A stretch of DNA of 64,000 nucleotides, taken from the NCBI GenBank assembly GCA_964591275.1, contig CAZQAE010000016.1:287-64286 (forward strand), read 5' to 3'. Under the pieces are notes generated by a model, which did no database searches, had not been told where the DNA came from, and saw nothing but the letters and a program-made list of their open reading frames with translations. Position 1 is the first letter of the stretch. Each line of letters opens with the position of its first letter. Below are positions 1 to 10,065 of the stretch, in pieces. The position numbers and the translations under genes are program-made. This DNA is from an uncultured bacterium (lineage in GTDB: Bacteria > Lernaellota > Lernaellaia > JACKCT01).

Positions 1-98
1 AAATGCGCGGGGAGAGTTATCGCCTGAAGGACGCAAAGAAGCGTCGCAGAAAATGGATGAAAGCAAAAAACCAGACCGATTTCGTCGCATCCCCTTAG
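1..98 (+). CDS. istB: 3' end of an IS21-family IstB-like helper ATPase gene (cut by window edge)
   Basis: Frame 3 reads RGESYRLKDAKKRRRKWMKAKNQTDFVASP then TAG at 96-98. A GESYRLK motif followed by a basic tail is the typical IstB C-terminus. Confidence 0.5.
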   Translation, partial: MRGESYRLKDAKKRRRKWMKAKNQTDFVASP

Positions 99-228
99 GG
101 GGGCCTCAGGAATAGCAACCGCTTCCAAGGATACTAGACACAGGCCGGAAGGATCGATAATCTCGCGTCAGGTGCTTCACTTTTCAACCGGCGAACGCTT
201 CACTTTTCGACCGGCGTTCACAACTTGT
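1..228 (+). mobile_element. Right end of an IS21-family insertion sequence (partial)
   Basis: The IstB-like C-terminus is followed by two 20-nt direct repeats, GCTTCACTTTTC(A/G)ACCGGCG, at 174-193 and 197-216 (23-nt period). These resemble the multiple subterminal repeats of IS21 ends. The exact terminus is not determinable. Confidence 0.45.
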
Positions 229-252
229 AAGATAGGAATAGGGGGATATGTG

Positions 253-1173
253 ATGAAGCAAGCAAATCAGTTTGAGGGTGGAGCGAAAAACGATTTCTCG
301 ATGTCCTCAGGGCGGGCATTGAAGATATTTTGGATGGTGTGCATGGCGCTGGCAGTATCAGGATTAATCGTGATGACATTTGTCAAAGAGTTTTCCTTTG
401 CCCAGGATTTCTCCAAAAGCTACTTGCTGGTCGCGGTGCTGGGCGTCATGGCCTTTATCGCGGAATACGTTGATTCGTCGATCGGAATGGGTTACGGCAC
501 CACGCTGACGCCGGTGCTTTTAATCATGGGATTTACACCATTGCAGATTGTGCCGGCCATCCTTCTTTCAGAATTTATTTCAGGCACACTGGCTGGCGGA
601 CTGCACCATAAGGTGGGAAACGTGAACCTGAAACGAGGCACAAGGGCCAACAAAATCATGATTGTTTTAGCCCTCTGCTCGATTATTGGAACAGTCATTG
701 CCGTGTTGTTGGCGCTTTCGCTGCCCAAACATATCGTCAAGCTGTATATCGGCTTGATGATTCTGGCGATTGGGCTCTTTATTCTGGTCGGCCAACGCCT
801 GATGAGCAAATTCTCCTGGGGCAAGGTCATCGGGCTGGGCACGGTGGCGGCATTCAACAAGGGGATCTCGGGCGGCGGCTACGGGCCGTTGGTCACCGGA
901 GGGCAGGTTATGGTTGGCATACCCGGAAAGAACGCCGTGGGGATAACCTCCCTCGCCGAAGGCCTCGTATGTCTGGTTGGGCTGATTCTTTATATTTCTC
1001 TTAAGGGAGGGCTTTATTGGCGACTGAGCATTACGCTGACGGTAGGCGCTCTACTTTCAGTCCCGGCCGCAGTTTGGACAGTCAAGGTCTTGCCGGAAAG
1101 CATGCTGAAAAAATCCATTGGCTTTGCCACTCTGTTTCTGGGAATTCTGACCTTGATCAAAGTGATGATATAG
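253..1173 (+). CDS. TauE/SafE (TSUP, DUF81) family anion exporter permease
   Basis: Polytopic membrane protein with GMGYGTTLTPVLL and a second G-rich half typical of TSUP. ATG 253 is preferred because 172-252 overlaps the IS-end repeats. Confidence 0.7.
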   Translation: MKQANQFEGGAKNDFSMSSGRALKIFWMVCMALAVSGLIVMTFVKEFSFAQDFSKSYLLVAVLGVMAFIAEYVDSSIGMGYGTTLTPVLLIMGFTPLQIVPAILLSEFISGTLAGGLHHKVGNVNLKRGTRANKIMIVLALCSIIGTVIAVLLALSLPKHIVKLYIGLMILAIGLFILVGQRLMSKFSWGKVIGLGTVAAFNKGISGGGYGPLVTGGQVMVGIPGKNAVGITSLAEGLVCLVGLILYISLKGGLYWRLSITLTVGALLSVPAAVWTVKVLPESMLKKSIGFATLFLGILTLIKVMI

Positions 1174-1281
1174 GTCCATTTCTATAACGGACTCGGCATG
1201 GTCGAGCAGTGGATCAAGGAAGGAAAATATGCTCTGAACCGTACACGACTTTACCGCAAACGGTTCATCTCGAACCAAAAT

Positions 1282-1330
1282 TAAGAAAATTGGGGACTAA
1301 AAATTGGTGACAGTCACCAATTATTTGTGA
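1282..1330. repeat. AAAATTGG plus GGTGACAGTCACC palindrome module (dispersed family)
   Basis: AAAATTGGGGACTAAAAATTGGTGACAGTCACCAATT. Related copies lie at 22063-22110 and 23434-23455, with AAAATTGGGG again at 23644-23664. Confidence 0.6.
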
Positions 1331-1417
1331 TATATAAGGGTTATGTACGAATCAGAAATCCCCTTGCGCTGCAGTACGCAAACGGATTGGCGATAGCAAT
1401 ATTCGGGATGGCCAAAG

Positions 1418-1452
1418 GAATGCGGAATTTCGAATGCGGATTGCGGAATGAT
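1418..1452. repeat. Degenerate GGAATGC/CGGAATG-type short tandem repeat
   Basis: GGAATGCGGAATTTCGAATGCGGATTGCGGAATGA. It is the reverse complement of the CATTCCG-type block at 51369-51402. Confidence 0.6.
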
Positions 1453-1507
1453 CCTGAGCAACCAAGACATAGGCGAGAGCTTGTCGTTTCCACCTTCCTC
1501 CTTCAAA

Positions 1508-1598
1508 TTCTAGCTTCTAGCTTCTAGCTTCTAGCTTCTAGCTTCTAGCTTCTAGCTTCATACTTCCTACCTCATACTTCATACTTCTTACTTCATAC
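1508..1598. repeat. Heptanucleotide tandem array: 7x TTCTAGC then 6x degenerate TTCATAC
   Basis: Perfect 7-nt periodicity over 91 bp. The last units overlap the stop codon (1588-1590) and final codons of the minus-strand gene 1588-3075. Confidence 0.9.
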
Positions 1599-3075
1599 CT
1601 GCTGCCCGCTTTTCCCCTTGGCAGTATCGCTCGCTTTTTGGATATGCCCGGCATAGCTGGTTGAATAGGTCACGGGACTGCCGATAGCGCTTGGCGTCAA
1701 ATAGCATCTGCGCGTAATTGGCGGCGGCGTTTGCGTCGCCGGGGCGCTCGGTTAAAGCGAATTGATATAGAGGTTCGGCCTCGTCAAAGCGCCCATGCTC
1801 GGCGTAATACGTGGCGAGATTGACGCGATAGCTCGAAAGATCCGGCTCCTTGGCCATGATGTCTTTCCAGAAGCGTTCCTCGTCATTCCACACGCCGATC
1901 CTGGCGATGCTCAGCATGACGAAAAGCCAGATCATCGCGATCCACGCGCCTTGGAAAAACCTCGCCCGTTTCGAGTGCGCGCCCAGGAAAACACTCAGGG
2001 CCAGCGTTGCGCCTGCCAGAGGCAGATAAAGAAAATGCTCGGCCATAATGGAAGCTGAAGGCACAATGTTGCTTACCGGAATCAGGAAGATGAAAAACCA
2101 CACTACGCCGAGTGTATGGGCGACGCACCGTCGCCGGGCCATGAACGCGCACGCCGCAAGAAGCATCATCAACGCGAAGCCCAGGCCGCCAAAAAGCCAG
2201 GAGCCTTGCTCGAAACCGCTCCAATAGTTGATGCGCAAAGAAACCGGAAAGAAAACAATTTGCAGGTAACGCGCGAAGGCTCGCAACATGATAAGGGTTG
2301 TTTCGATGGGAGTTTCGCCCCAGGTCGTATCGATTTGCCTGACGCCCACCAGCGCTACGCGGATGGCGAAAAAGCCAAGAGCCAAAATAAAATAAGGCGC
2401 CGTCGTTTTCACGCAAGCCAAAAAACGGCGCTTATCGAAAAGCGGCTTTTGCTCCGGCTCGGCTCCGGATTCCGTGAGATCGAATCTCCAATAATCCATC
2501 GCCAGCAAAAGCAGCGGCGCGACCAGCGCGGTTTCCTTAGTGAGCAGGGCCAGCGTGAACAGACCATAGCTTAGGATTTTTTTCCCGTAGCCGTGAGCCA
2601 GCAAGGCGCTCAGAATAAATGTTGCGACCAAAACATCATCAAGGCCGCTGATCCACTGCACCGATTCCACGTTCGCCGGGTGAAGCGCCCACCATGCCGA
2701 GGCGATAAGGGCCGGAATCTGCTTTCGCGTGATGAGGAAAATGAGGGCGAAAAGCAGCACGGCGTTTGCGGCGTGAAGGCAGACGTTCAACAGATGATAC
2801 GCCTCGGGACGCAAGCCCGCCACGGCGTGAATCAGACTATAAACGACGGGAATAATGGGGCGATAAATTTCGCGGCGAAAGTGCCCCGAATCCGCCGCCG
2901 CCGGATCGCCGAAACTCGTCAGCGCCGCGCCGACGCTTTTTATGGATGGATTCTCGACGACGAAGACCTTGTCGTCGTAAAGGAAAGGTCCGCCAATTCC
3001 CCGCGCATAAACCAGCACGACCGCCGCGACAAGAAAAACGGCGCCGGCAATGGTTTTGCGGGAATGCAATGACAT
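1588..3075 (-). CDS. GT-C-like membrane protein with C-terminal TPR repeats (TMTC/DUF1736-like protein O-mannosyltransferase family)
   Basis: N-terminal YDDKVFVVENPSIK motif, about 10 TM segments, and a C-terminal TPR region (YRVNLATYYAEHGRFDEAEPLYQFAL). Confidence 0.5.
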   Translation of the reverse strand: MSLHSRKTIAGAVFLVAAVVLVYARGIGGPFLYDDKVFVVENPSIKSVGAALTSFGDPAAADSGHFRREIYRPIIPVVYSLIHAVAGLRPEAYHLLNVCLHAANAVLLFALIFLITRKQIPALIASAWWALHPANVESVQWISGLDDVLVATFILSALLAHGYGKKILSYGLFTLALLTKETALVAPLLLLAMDYWRFDLTESGAEPEQKPLFDKRRFLACVKTTAPYFILALGFFAIRVALVGVRQIDTTWGETPIETTLIMLRAFARYLQIVFFPVSLRINYWSGFEQGSWLFGGLGFALMMLLAACAFMARRRCVAHTLGVVWFFIFLIPVSNIVPSASIMAEHFLYLPLAGATLALSVFLGAHSKRARFFQGAWIAMIWLFVMLSIARIGVWNDEERFWKDIMAKEPDLSSYRVNLATYYAEHGRFDEAEPLYQFALTERPGDANAAANYAQMLFDAKRYRQSRDLFNQLCRAYPKSERYCQGEKRAAGMK

Positions 3076-3188
3076 TAACGCATTTTATGAACGCAATTTC
3101 CGGCGTGGTCAAATGAATCATGCACATGTCGGAAAGCGGCATAGTAATTCTATGAAGTGCCCGACCTTTTTGCTATAGTCCGCCGGTT

Positions 3189-5057
3189 ATGGAACCTCAT
3201 TATGACATTATCGTGGTCGGGGGAGGGCACGCCGGAGTCGAGGCGGCGCTGGCGGGCGCGCGCATGGGGCGCCGGACCCTTCTTCTCACCATGCACATCG
3301 ACCACATCGCGCAGATGAGTTGCAACCCTGCCATCGGCGGTTTGGCGAAAGGGCATCTGGTTCGAGAGATCGACGCCCTGGGCGGAGAGATGGGTCTGGC
3401 CGCCGACGCCACGGGCATTCAGTTCCGTCGCCTCAACACGAAAAAAGGCCCCGCCGTTCGCAGCCGCCGCTGTCAGTCGGATATGGCGGCCTATTCCCGG
3501 TACATGCGCCGCGCCGTGCTCACGCAAGAAAACCTTTTTGTTAAACAGGACACGGCGCAGAAATTGATTATTGAAAAGAACCGCGCCGCCGGCGTGGTTG
3601 GCCTCAAGGGTCTGACCTATCGCGCGCCGTACGTGATTCTGGCGACCGGCACATTTTTAGCGGGCAAGGTTTTCATCGGGGACGTGGTTTACGGCGCAGG
3701 CCGTTTCGGCGATCCGCCTTCCACGAGCCTGGCGGAACATCTGCGCTCTATCGGACTGCGCGTCGGGCGACTGAAAACGGGAACCCCGGCGCGCCTCAAT
3801 GGTCGCTCCATCAATTTTGACAGGCTGGAAGCGCAACACGGCGACGACCCGCCGCTGCCTTTTTCGTTTTTGAATGATCGCATCGATGTAAAACAGCAAC
3901 CTTGTTTCATCACGCACACCAATGAGAAAACGCACGAGATCATTCGGGCCAACCTGGACGATGCGCCCATTAACACCGGGGCGATAACCGGTGCGGGACC
4001 GCGCTACTGCCCGTCCATTGAGGTCAAGGTAGTGCGCTTCGCCGACAAAGACCGGCACCAGATATTTCTCGAACCCACCACGCAAAGCGCCGAGGAGTGG
4101 TATCCCAACGGAGTGTCCACGGGATTGTCTTACGAAGTGCAAAACGAGTTTTACAGCACGATTCCGGGATTGGAGAACGCCGAGCTGATTCGCCCCGGAT
4201 ATGCCATTGAATATGACTACGTGGACCCCTTAAGTCTTGGGCACACGCTGGAACTGCGTGACATTCCGGGCTTGATGCTCGCCGGGCAGATCAACGGCAC
4301 CAGCGGATACGAAGAAGCCGCGGCGCAGGGTCTCGTGGCGGGCCTCAACGCGGCGCTGATGCTGCGCGGTCGCGAGCCGATCAACATCGGCAGGGAAATG
4401 GGCTACACCGGCGTAATGATCGACGACCTGATCTCACGCGGCGTGAGCGAGCCTTATCGCATGTTCACCAGCCGCGCCGAGTTTCGCCTTTTGCTGCGGG
4501 AGGACAACGCGGACCTTCGGCTGACGCCGCTGGGCCGGGAGGTCGGTCTGGTTGATGACATGCGCTGGGAGAAATTTGAGAAACGACGCGACCAAATCGA
4601 CGCAGAGTATTCGCGCCTTAATGAAAAGATTTTCAAAACGGGGCGAATCGACGACAAATTGGCCGAGTTGAAAAGCGCCGCTTTGAAAAAGCCGTCGTCG
4701 CTCGCACTGCTCATCTCCCGGCCTGAGTTGGACTACGAAAACACGGCTTCGCTGGACCCAGAGCGCGAGGAATTGCCGGACAGCGTGATTTCGGAAGTCG
4801 AAACAAGAATTATATATAGCGGCTACCTGGATCGGCAGGAGGAAGAGGCGAAGCGGCTGCTGTCCGCGGACAAGGTGAAGATTCCACCGGATTTCGACTT
4901 TAGCAAGGTGAACGGCCTCAAAGCCGAAATTCGGGAATTGCTCGACCGTGCGAAGCCCGAAAACCTGGGACGGATTTCGCGCATCTCCGGCATGACGCCC
5001 GCCGCTCTCAACATCATCTGGCTGCATCTGGAAAAGGACCGAAGGGCAAAAGCGTAA
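3189..5057 (+). CDS. mnmG: tRNA uridine 5-carboxymethylaminomethyl modification enzyme MnmG (GidA)
   Basis: FAD motif [15 protein letters not shown], the [24 protein letters not shown] block and full-length GidA architecture (622 aa). Confidence 0.95.
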   Translation: MEPHYDIIVVGGGHAGVEAALAGARMGRRTLLLTMHIDHIAQMSCNPAIGGLAKGHLVREIDALGGEMGLAADATGIQFRRLNTKKGPAVRSRRCQSDMAAYSRYMRRAVLTQENLFVKQDTAQKLIIEKNRAAGVVGLKGLTYRAPYVILATGTFLAGKVFIGDVVYGAGRFGDPPSTSLAEHLRSIGLRVGRLKTGTPARLNGRSINFDRLEAQHGDDPPLPFSFLNDRIDVKQQPCFITHTNEKTHEIIRANLDDAPINTGAITGAGPRYCPSIEVKVVRFADKDRHQIFLEPTTQSAEEWYPNGVSTGLSYEVQNEFYSTIPGLENAELIRPGYAIEYDYVDPLSLGHTLELRDIPGLMLAGQINGTSGYEEAAAQGLVAGLNAALMLRGREPINIGREMGYTGVMIDDLISRGVSEPYRMFTSRAEFRLLLREDNADLRLTPLGREVGLVDDMRWEKFEKRRDQIDAEYSRLNEKIFKTGRIDDKLAELKSAALKKPSSLALLISRPELDYENTASLDPEREELPDSVISEVETRIIYSGYLDRQEEEAKRLLSADKVKIPPDFDFSKVNGLKAEIRELLDRAKPENLGRISRISGMTPAALNIIWLHLEKDRRAKA

Positions 5058-5159
5058 ATTTTTTGGCCTTGGCGTCAAAGGCCGAAATCCTAGAAAATGT
5101 CCGCGCCGAGGCAGATTGCGGCGGGATTCTTCTCCTACGCTTGGCAATGGGCTGCCTTT

Positions 5160-6893
5160 TTATTCCCCGTCTTTGCCTTTGCCTTGCATGTCGCCCGGAT
5201 GGTAGCCATGCGTGAGAGGTGTGCCGGAAGGTTTGCCCAGGGCGCCGCTGGGGCCGAATCCCTGAACTGTTTTGATAAGTTCCTCTTTTGAAAGCGGCCT
5301 GGCCGCCTCGTCGGGCATGGATTCCACGTGCAGGGACTGCGTGGGGAAGGCATAGGATACGCCGATAGTGGAAGCCAGTCGCAGAAACTCCATGAGAATG
5401 TTGTGCTTTTCGGTCAGCTCCTCGGTCCAGCTTTTCACATCCAAAAAGGCATAAACCATTACATCCAGCGATGAAGTGCCGAAGTTATTGAAATGCACCT
5501 CGTAATAATCTTTCCATATTTTGGCATTGGCTTGCAGGATCGCGCGCACGCCTTCGACAAATGCCTGCATCTGCTCGGGAGTGGTGTTGTAAGTCAGGCC
5601 GAGGTCCATCTTTAGTCTCCGGTAGGTGCGCTCGCCCAGGTTGTCCACCACGGCGTCGGCCACCTTGGCATTCGGCAGGGTCACCAGAGATTTGTAAAAT
5701 GTGCGGATGCGCGTGGAGCGAAAACCCACTTCCTCGATGGTGCCTTCCACGTCCTGGATAACGACCCAGTCGCCGATCTGGAAGGGCCGGTCGGCGAAGA
5801 TCATGATCGATCCGAAGAAGTTGGCCAGCGTATCCTTTGCCGCCAGTGCGAAGGCCAAACCACCAAGACCGAGGCCGGCCATAAGAGAGCCGATGTCCAC
5901 GTTCAGGTTTTGCAAAACGAAAAGAAACCCGATGAGAATCAAAATCAGGCGCGCCGCTTTGCGCAGCAGAGGAACGAGCTGGTCGTCCAGGCGCGTTTCG
6001 GTTTTGTTTGCGCGGCGGGTCAGATAATCGAAAAACGCATCGTTGAGCCGGTAAGCGACGACGACCGTGAAGCCGACGGCAATCACTTTTAAGGCGAGAA
6101 AGAGGATCACGTTCAGGCGCGCGGGCAAAAGGAGTTCCGGCAGAATCGGCGCCATCAGGGCCGACATGACAATAAAAGCCAAAGGCCATTTCGTAATTTG
6201 GGCCGCCTGCTCAGTCCACTTGACATCGCGTTTTTTGAAAGCTTTGGTGATGAGGTTGCCGACAAAGAAACCGATGATGCGCCCGGCGACCAGCGTTGTG
6301 ATGATTAATAAAGCCAGGGCGATATATCGCCAGGCCGCGATGCCGAAAACCCCGACCCGAAGAAAGCTCGGAACCTTTGTCGAATACTTTTCGATGTCCA
6401 GAGAAAATGTTTGCTCATACAGATCCGGGATCGCGCCGACGGAAGCCGCGGAAAAAAGCCAGCGGTCGCCTGTTTTGTCCAGATACACTTCCGGCAACTG
6501 GCTCGGGAACAGCGTGAAGCGGGGCAGGCCCGTTTTTTCGTCAATGGCGTCGGCTTTGTCTGGAACATGATCCAGGCGGATGATCAGGCCGCGGCTGTCG
6601 AGAATCTTTTTGAGCCTAATCGCGATTTCCCGCCGCTTTTGGATGTTTTCGGAAAACTCGCTGAAATCGAAACATCCGCCCGCAGCATCAGGGTCGTGCT
6701 GATCGTCTGAAAGATTGCCCGTGAATTCCAAACATGCGCGAAGAGGCGTTTCACACTGGGGACTTTGCGCCAGGGACTGCCCTGTCCCCATCAACAAAAA
6801 GACCGTGACTGCAACGCAAATGAAAAACATCGTGGCAACAACATTTTTTAGCAACGCAAGCGTGCCTTTTCCCGAAACACCGCGATGTCTCAT
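5160..6893 (-). CDS. Mechanosensitive ion channel family protein (MscS-like, large N-terminal extracytoplasmic domain)
   Basis: Signal/TM N-terminus, TM bundle, and the MscS beta-domain motif ADRPFQIGDWVVIQDVEGTIEEVGFRSTRIRT. Confidence 0.8.
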   Translation of the reverse strand: MRHRGVSGKGTLALLKNVVATMFFICVAVTVFLLMGTGQSLAQSPQCETPLRACLEFTGNLSDDQHDPDAAGGCFDFSEFSENIQKRREIAIRLKKILDSRGLIIRLDHVPDKADAIDEKTGLPRFTLFPSQLPEVYLDKTGDRWLFSAASVGAIPDLYEQTFSLDIEKYSTKVPSFLRVGVFGIAAWRYIALALLIITTLVAGRIIGFFVGNLITKAFKKRDVKWTEQAAQITKWPLAFIVMSALMAPILPELLLPARLNVILFLALKVIAVGFTVVVAYRLNDAFFDYLTRRANKTETRLDDQLVPLLRKAARLILILIGFLFVLQNLNVDIGSLMAGLGLGGLAFALAAKDTLANFFGSIMIFADRPFQIGDWVVIQDVEGTIEEVGFRSTRIRTFYKSLVTLPNAKVADAVVDNLGERTYRRLKMDLGLTYNTTPEQMQAFVEGVRAILQANAKIWKDYYEVHFNNFGTSSLDVMVYAFLDVKSWTEELTEKHNILMEFLRLASTIGVSYAFPTQSLHVESMPDEAARPLSKEELIKTVQGFGPSGALGKPSGTPLTHGYHPGDMQGKGKDGE

Positions 6894-7098
6894 TGTTTTT
6901 CTCCTAATAATGCCCGATTATCCTGTCCGACACCTTCACTTGCGCGGATAAAAATATCAAGAGTGTACAGCGGGCACTAAAAAATGTTTGCGTAGGGCCA
7001 AAGTCGCATCGACATGAGCGATTCGATTTTGCATTATTACCGGCGCTTGATGGTCTGGCGACCTGGCGTTATTTCAAACTCCGAGCTGGATAGTCTTA

Positions 7099-7986
7099 AT
7101 GGATGGCAAAACCCTCATCGTAAAATCCCCCGCGAAGGTCAATTTGCGCCTGGAGATCGTGGGGCGCCGGGCTGACGGATACCATTTACTTCGGATGATC
7201 AATTGCGACCTTGAGCTTTGCGATGAATTGGAGCTTGGCGAGCGCTCATCAGGGATCACGATGGAATGCGATCACCCGGATTTGCCCACGGATTCATCCA
7301 ACCTGGTTTGGCGAGCCGCCGAGGTTCTGGCGAAGGCGACGGGCTGCGGGAAGGGCGTTGCGATCAGCTTAAAAAAGTTGATCCCGATTGCCGCCGGACT
7401 GGGCGGCGGGTCGAGCAACGCAGCCGCAGTTTTGCGTAGTCTGAATGCACTTTGGAAACTGGATTTGTCTGAAAACAAGCTCATGAAAATCGGCCTGAGC
7501 ATAGGCGCCGATGTCCCATATTTTCTTCACGGCGGGCCCGCATTGGTCGAGGGGATCGGGGAGATATTAAGCCCATTTTCATTGGAAACCGAAGCGGAAA
7601 TTGTCTTGATCAATCCCGGATTTCCGGTGTCGACCAAAGCGGTCTACGAGGCCCATGATTGGACCTTGACACGAAAGTCAATGCACACTATGTTTCCCCG
7701 GTTGATCTGTACCCTAGATGATTTTTCAAGGGTATTATTGAACGATCTGGAGCCGATCGTTTCCGAAAAGCATTCTGAAATCAGTGGGATGAAATCCATG
7801 CTGCATGAGCATGGGGCGCTCGGGTCTTTGATGAGCGGCAGTGGACCGACGGTCTTTGGCATCTTTCAAGACGCCGACGCCATTGATGGCGTTATGAGTG
7901 ACTGCGCTTTGCGCGGTTGGCGAGCCATTCGGACTCGGCTTGTCACGGATACAAAGAAAAAAATTCAGGTCGCCCATGAAGATTGA
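7099..7986 (+). CDS. ispE: 4-diphosphocytidyl-2-C-methyl-D-erythritol kinase
   Basis: KSPAKVNLRLEIVGRRADGYH N-terminus and the GHMP kinase motif PIAAGLGGGSSNAAA. Confidence 0.9.
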   Translation: MDGKTLIVKSPAKVNLRLEIVGRRADGYHLLRMINCDLELCDELELGERSSGITMECDHPDLPTDSSNLVWRAAEVLAKATGCGKGVAISLKKLIPIAAGLGGGSSNAAAVLRSLNALWKLDLSENKLMKIGLSIGADVPYFLHGGPALVEGIGEILSPFSLETEAEIVLINPGFPVSTKAVYEAHDWTLTRKSMHTMFPRLICTLDDFSRVLLNDLEPIVSEKHSEISGMKSMLHEHGALGSLMSGSGPTVFGIFQDADAIDGVMSDCALRGWRAIRTRLVTDTKKKIQVAHED

Positions 7987-8003
7987 TGGATGGTTGGAAT
8001 TGA

Positions 8004-8074
8004 TGGGGCGTCGTCAAGTGGCAAGACACAGGACTTTGGTTCCTGTACCGTAGGTTCGAATCCTACCGCCCCAG
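8004..8074 (+). tRNA. tRNA-Gln (anticodon TTG)
   Basis: Acceptor TGGGGCG pairs with CGCCCCA. Anticodon stem CAGGA/TCCTG carries loop CTTTGGT. T-arm is GTAGG-TTCGAAT-CCTAC. It sits in the common ispE, tRNA-Gln, prs position. Confidence 0.85.
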
Positions 8075-8185
8075 TTGTTAGTGGTGGATAGTGCGATAAT
8101 AGCAAAGAGAGATAGCCAAAAAACTCGTTTTCATGCCCTTCCCGACTTCAATCGGGACAATTACGGCAGGTGATGGTGACACAGT

Positions 8186-9187
8186 ATGGACGATGCCATA
8201 CGAGCTGTTGACGGCAATAAAATGCTGGTTTTCTCTGGAAACGCCCACCCGGGGCTTGCCGAGGCGATCTGCGAGAATCTCCTCATCAAACTCGGCAATG
8301 CCAACGTCTCGCGTTTCAGAGACGGGGAAATCAACGTCGAGATCAGCGAATCGGTTCGCGGCAAGGACGTGTACGTCGTGCAGCCAACGTGCCGCCCGGA
8401 CGTCAACGGCTCCATCATGGAACTTCTGATCATGTTGGATGCCCTGTCCCGCTCCAGTTCCGAGCGGATTACCGCTGTCATTCCCTATTACGGATATGCC
8501 CGGCAGGATCGCAAGGTCAGCCCGAGAGCGCCTATATCCGCACGGTTACTGGCCGATTTGATTGAGGGGGCCGGAGCGCACCGCGTTCTGACAGTCGATC
8601 TTCACGCCGGGCAGATTCAGGGTTTCTTCAAGATTCCCGTGGACAATCTTTATGCGACATCCGACCTGTGCAACGTGCTGGAATCCATAGACGAAATATC
8701 ATACGGCGAAAAGGTTGTTGTCAGCCCCGACGCCGGCGGCGTGCGTAGAGCCCGATATCTTGCCCACATCATGAAGGGCGATGTGGGGCTGGCCATCATC
8801 GATAAGCGCAGAAGTCGGCCCGGATACGTGGGAAGCGTCAACATAATCGGAGATGTCGAGGGCAAAACAGCCATTCTTGTTGATGACATGATCGACAGCG
8901 CCGGGACAATCTGCGCGGCAGCCGAAGCCTTAAAGAATGCGGGGGTCACAAAAGTTCTGGCTGCCGGAACGCACGCGGTATTCTCGCCCCCGGCCATTGA
9001 ACGTATTCAGAACTCGGAAATCGATCGGATGCTTATCACCGATACGATACCTTTGGGGGATGATGCGCGGAAACTCAATAACTTGCAGGTGGTTTCCGTG
9101 GCGCCTCTTTTGGCAAGAGCCATAGCAAATATTCACATCGGTGGATCAGTGAGTTCGCTTTTCACCGACGTGCAGGTAATAAACTGA
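8186..9187 (+). CDS. prs: Ribose-phosphate pyrophosphokinase
   Basis: VIPYYGYARQDRK and the PRPP-binding loop ILVDDMIDSAGT. The start could instead be ATG 8222. Confidence 0.9.
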   Translation: MDDAIRAVDGNKMLVFSGNAHPGLAEAICENLLIKLGNANVSRFRDGEINVEISESVRGKDVYVVQPTCRPDVNGSIMELLIMLDALSRSSSERITAVIPYYGYARQDRKVSPRAPISARLLADLIEGAGAHRVLTVDLHAGQIQGFFKIPVDNLYATSDLCNVLESIDEISYGEKVVVSPDAGGVRRARYLAHIMKGDVGLAIIDKRRSRPGYVGSVNIIGDVEGKTAILVDDMIDSAGTICAAAEALKNAGVTKVLAAGTHAVFSPPAIERIQNSEIDRMLITDTIPLGDDARKLNNLQVVSVAPLLARAIANIHIGGSVSSLFTDVQVIN

Positions 9188-9351
9188 AAGCAAAACAGCA
9201 CTATTTGGACCTTTTTTGGGGCGATTGAGTACATGAGTCAGTGTAAAGAGCGGCAAAGTCAGGCTGCTGAAAAAACACAATTTAACGTGGATATTGAGAG
9301 ATACTCTCTTTTCAATGCGCCCAATCGCTTAGTTTCGACTGGAGAAAAACA

Positions 9352-10050
9352 ATGAGTATTATCGAATTATCGGCCTTGACGAGGACAGAGCACGGCAAGG
9401 GTCCGGCAAGGCAAATGCGGCGTGATGGAAGAGTTCCGGCCGTGATCTACGGAACTGATCTTGAGCCGGTGAGCATCTCCCTTGACGCCGTGGAATTCAA
9501 AGGTTTTCTGGCGGCGCACAACTATCTGACCTCCTTGATCAAACTCAAGTTCGAAGGAAATGATACCCTTGACGCAAAGGTATTCATGATCAAGGAACTT
9601 CAGCTTCATCATATCGAACGTAATCCGATGGCCGTTGATTTCAAAACAATTGATCTTGACAAGCCTGTTATCGCGTCGGTTGCCTTAAAGTTTGAAGGCA
9701 CGGCTGAAGGCCTCAAAACAGGTGCTCTCCTGCAGCCGCTGGCCCGCACGATACACCTAAGTTGCCTTCCTACTGAAATTCCATCGTCGATTAGTTGCGA
9801 TGTGACGGAATTGGGTGAATCACAAACATGGTACGCCGATTGTCTGATATTACCCGAAGGCGCAACATTAAAATCACCGACGGACACTCCGATTGTGACT
9901 TGCGCGTTGCTGCGTAAGGAAGAAGAGGAAGTCGTAGATGAAGCGGCTGAAGAGGGCGAAACGCCTGAAGGCAAAGAAGCCGCAGGTGATGACGCTGATA
10001 AAAAAGAATCTGAAGGCGATAAGAAAAAACCTGAAAGCGATAAGAAATGA
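9352..10050 (+). CDS. rplY: 50S ribosomal protein L25 / general stress protein Ctc
   Basis: N-terminus RTEHGKGPARQMRRDGRVPAVIYG, two-domain Ctc form with an acidic/lysine-rich tail. GGAG RBS upstream. Confidence 0.9.
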   Translation: MSIIELSALTRTEHGKGPARQMRRDGRVPAVIYGTDLEPVSISLDAVEFKGFLAAHNYLTSLIKLKFEGNDTLDAKVFMIKELQLHHIERNPMAVDFKTIDLDKPVIASVALKFEGTAEGLKTGALLQPLARTIHLSCLPTEIPSSISCDVTELGESQTWYADCLILPEGATLKSPTDTPIVTCALLRKEEEEVVDEAAEEGETPEGKEAAGDDADKKESEGDKKKPESDKK

Positions 10051-10065
10051 TCGCTGGGAGCGGTT

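Noticed and set aside
172-252. Upstream extension of the TauE-like ORF
   Set aside because: The extension is encoded by the IS-end direct repeats and has no membrane-protein character. ATG 253 gives a normal N-terminus.
1508-1598. Possible CRISPR array or microsatellite artefact
   Set aside because: The 7-nt units are contiguous with no spacers and no cas genes nearby, so it is not a CRISPR array. It is kept as a simple tandem repeat finding instead.
8075-8185. Possible regulatory leader or second tRNA between tRNA-Gln and prs
   Set aside because: No cloverleaf, conserved riboswitch motif or terminator/antiterminator pairing could be found by eye.
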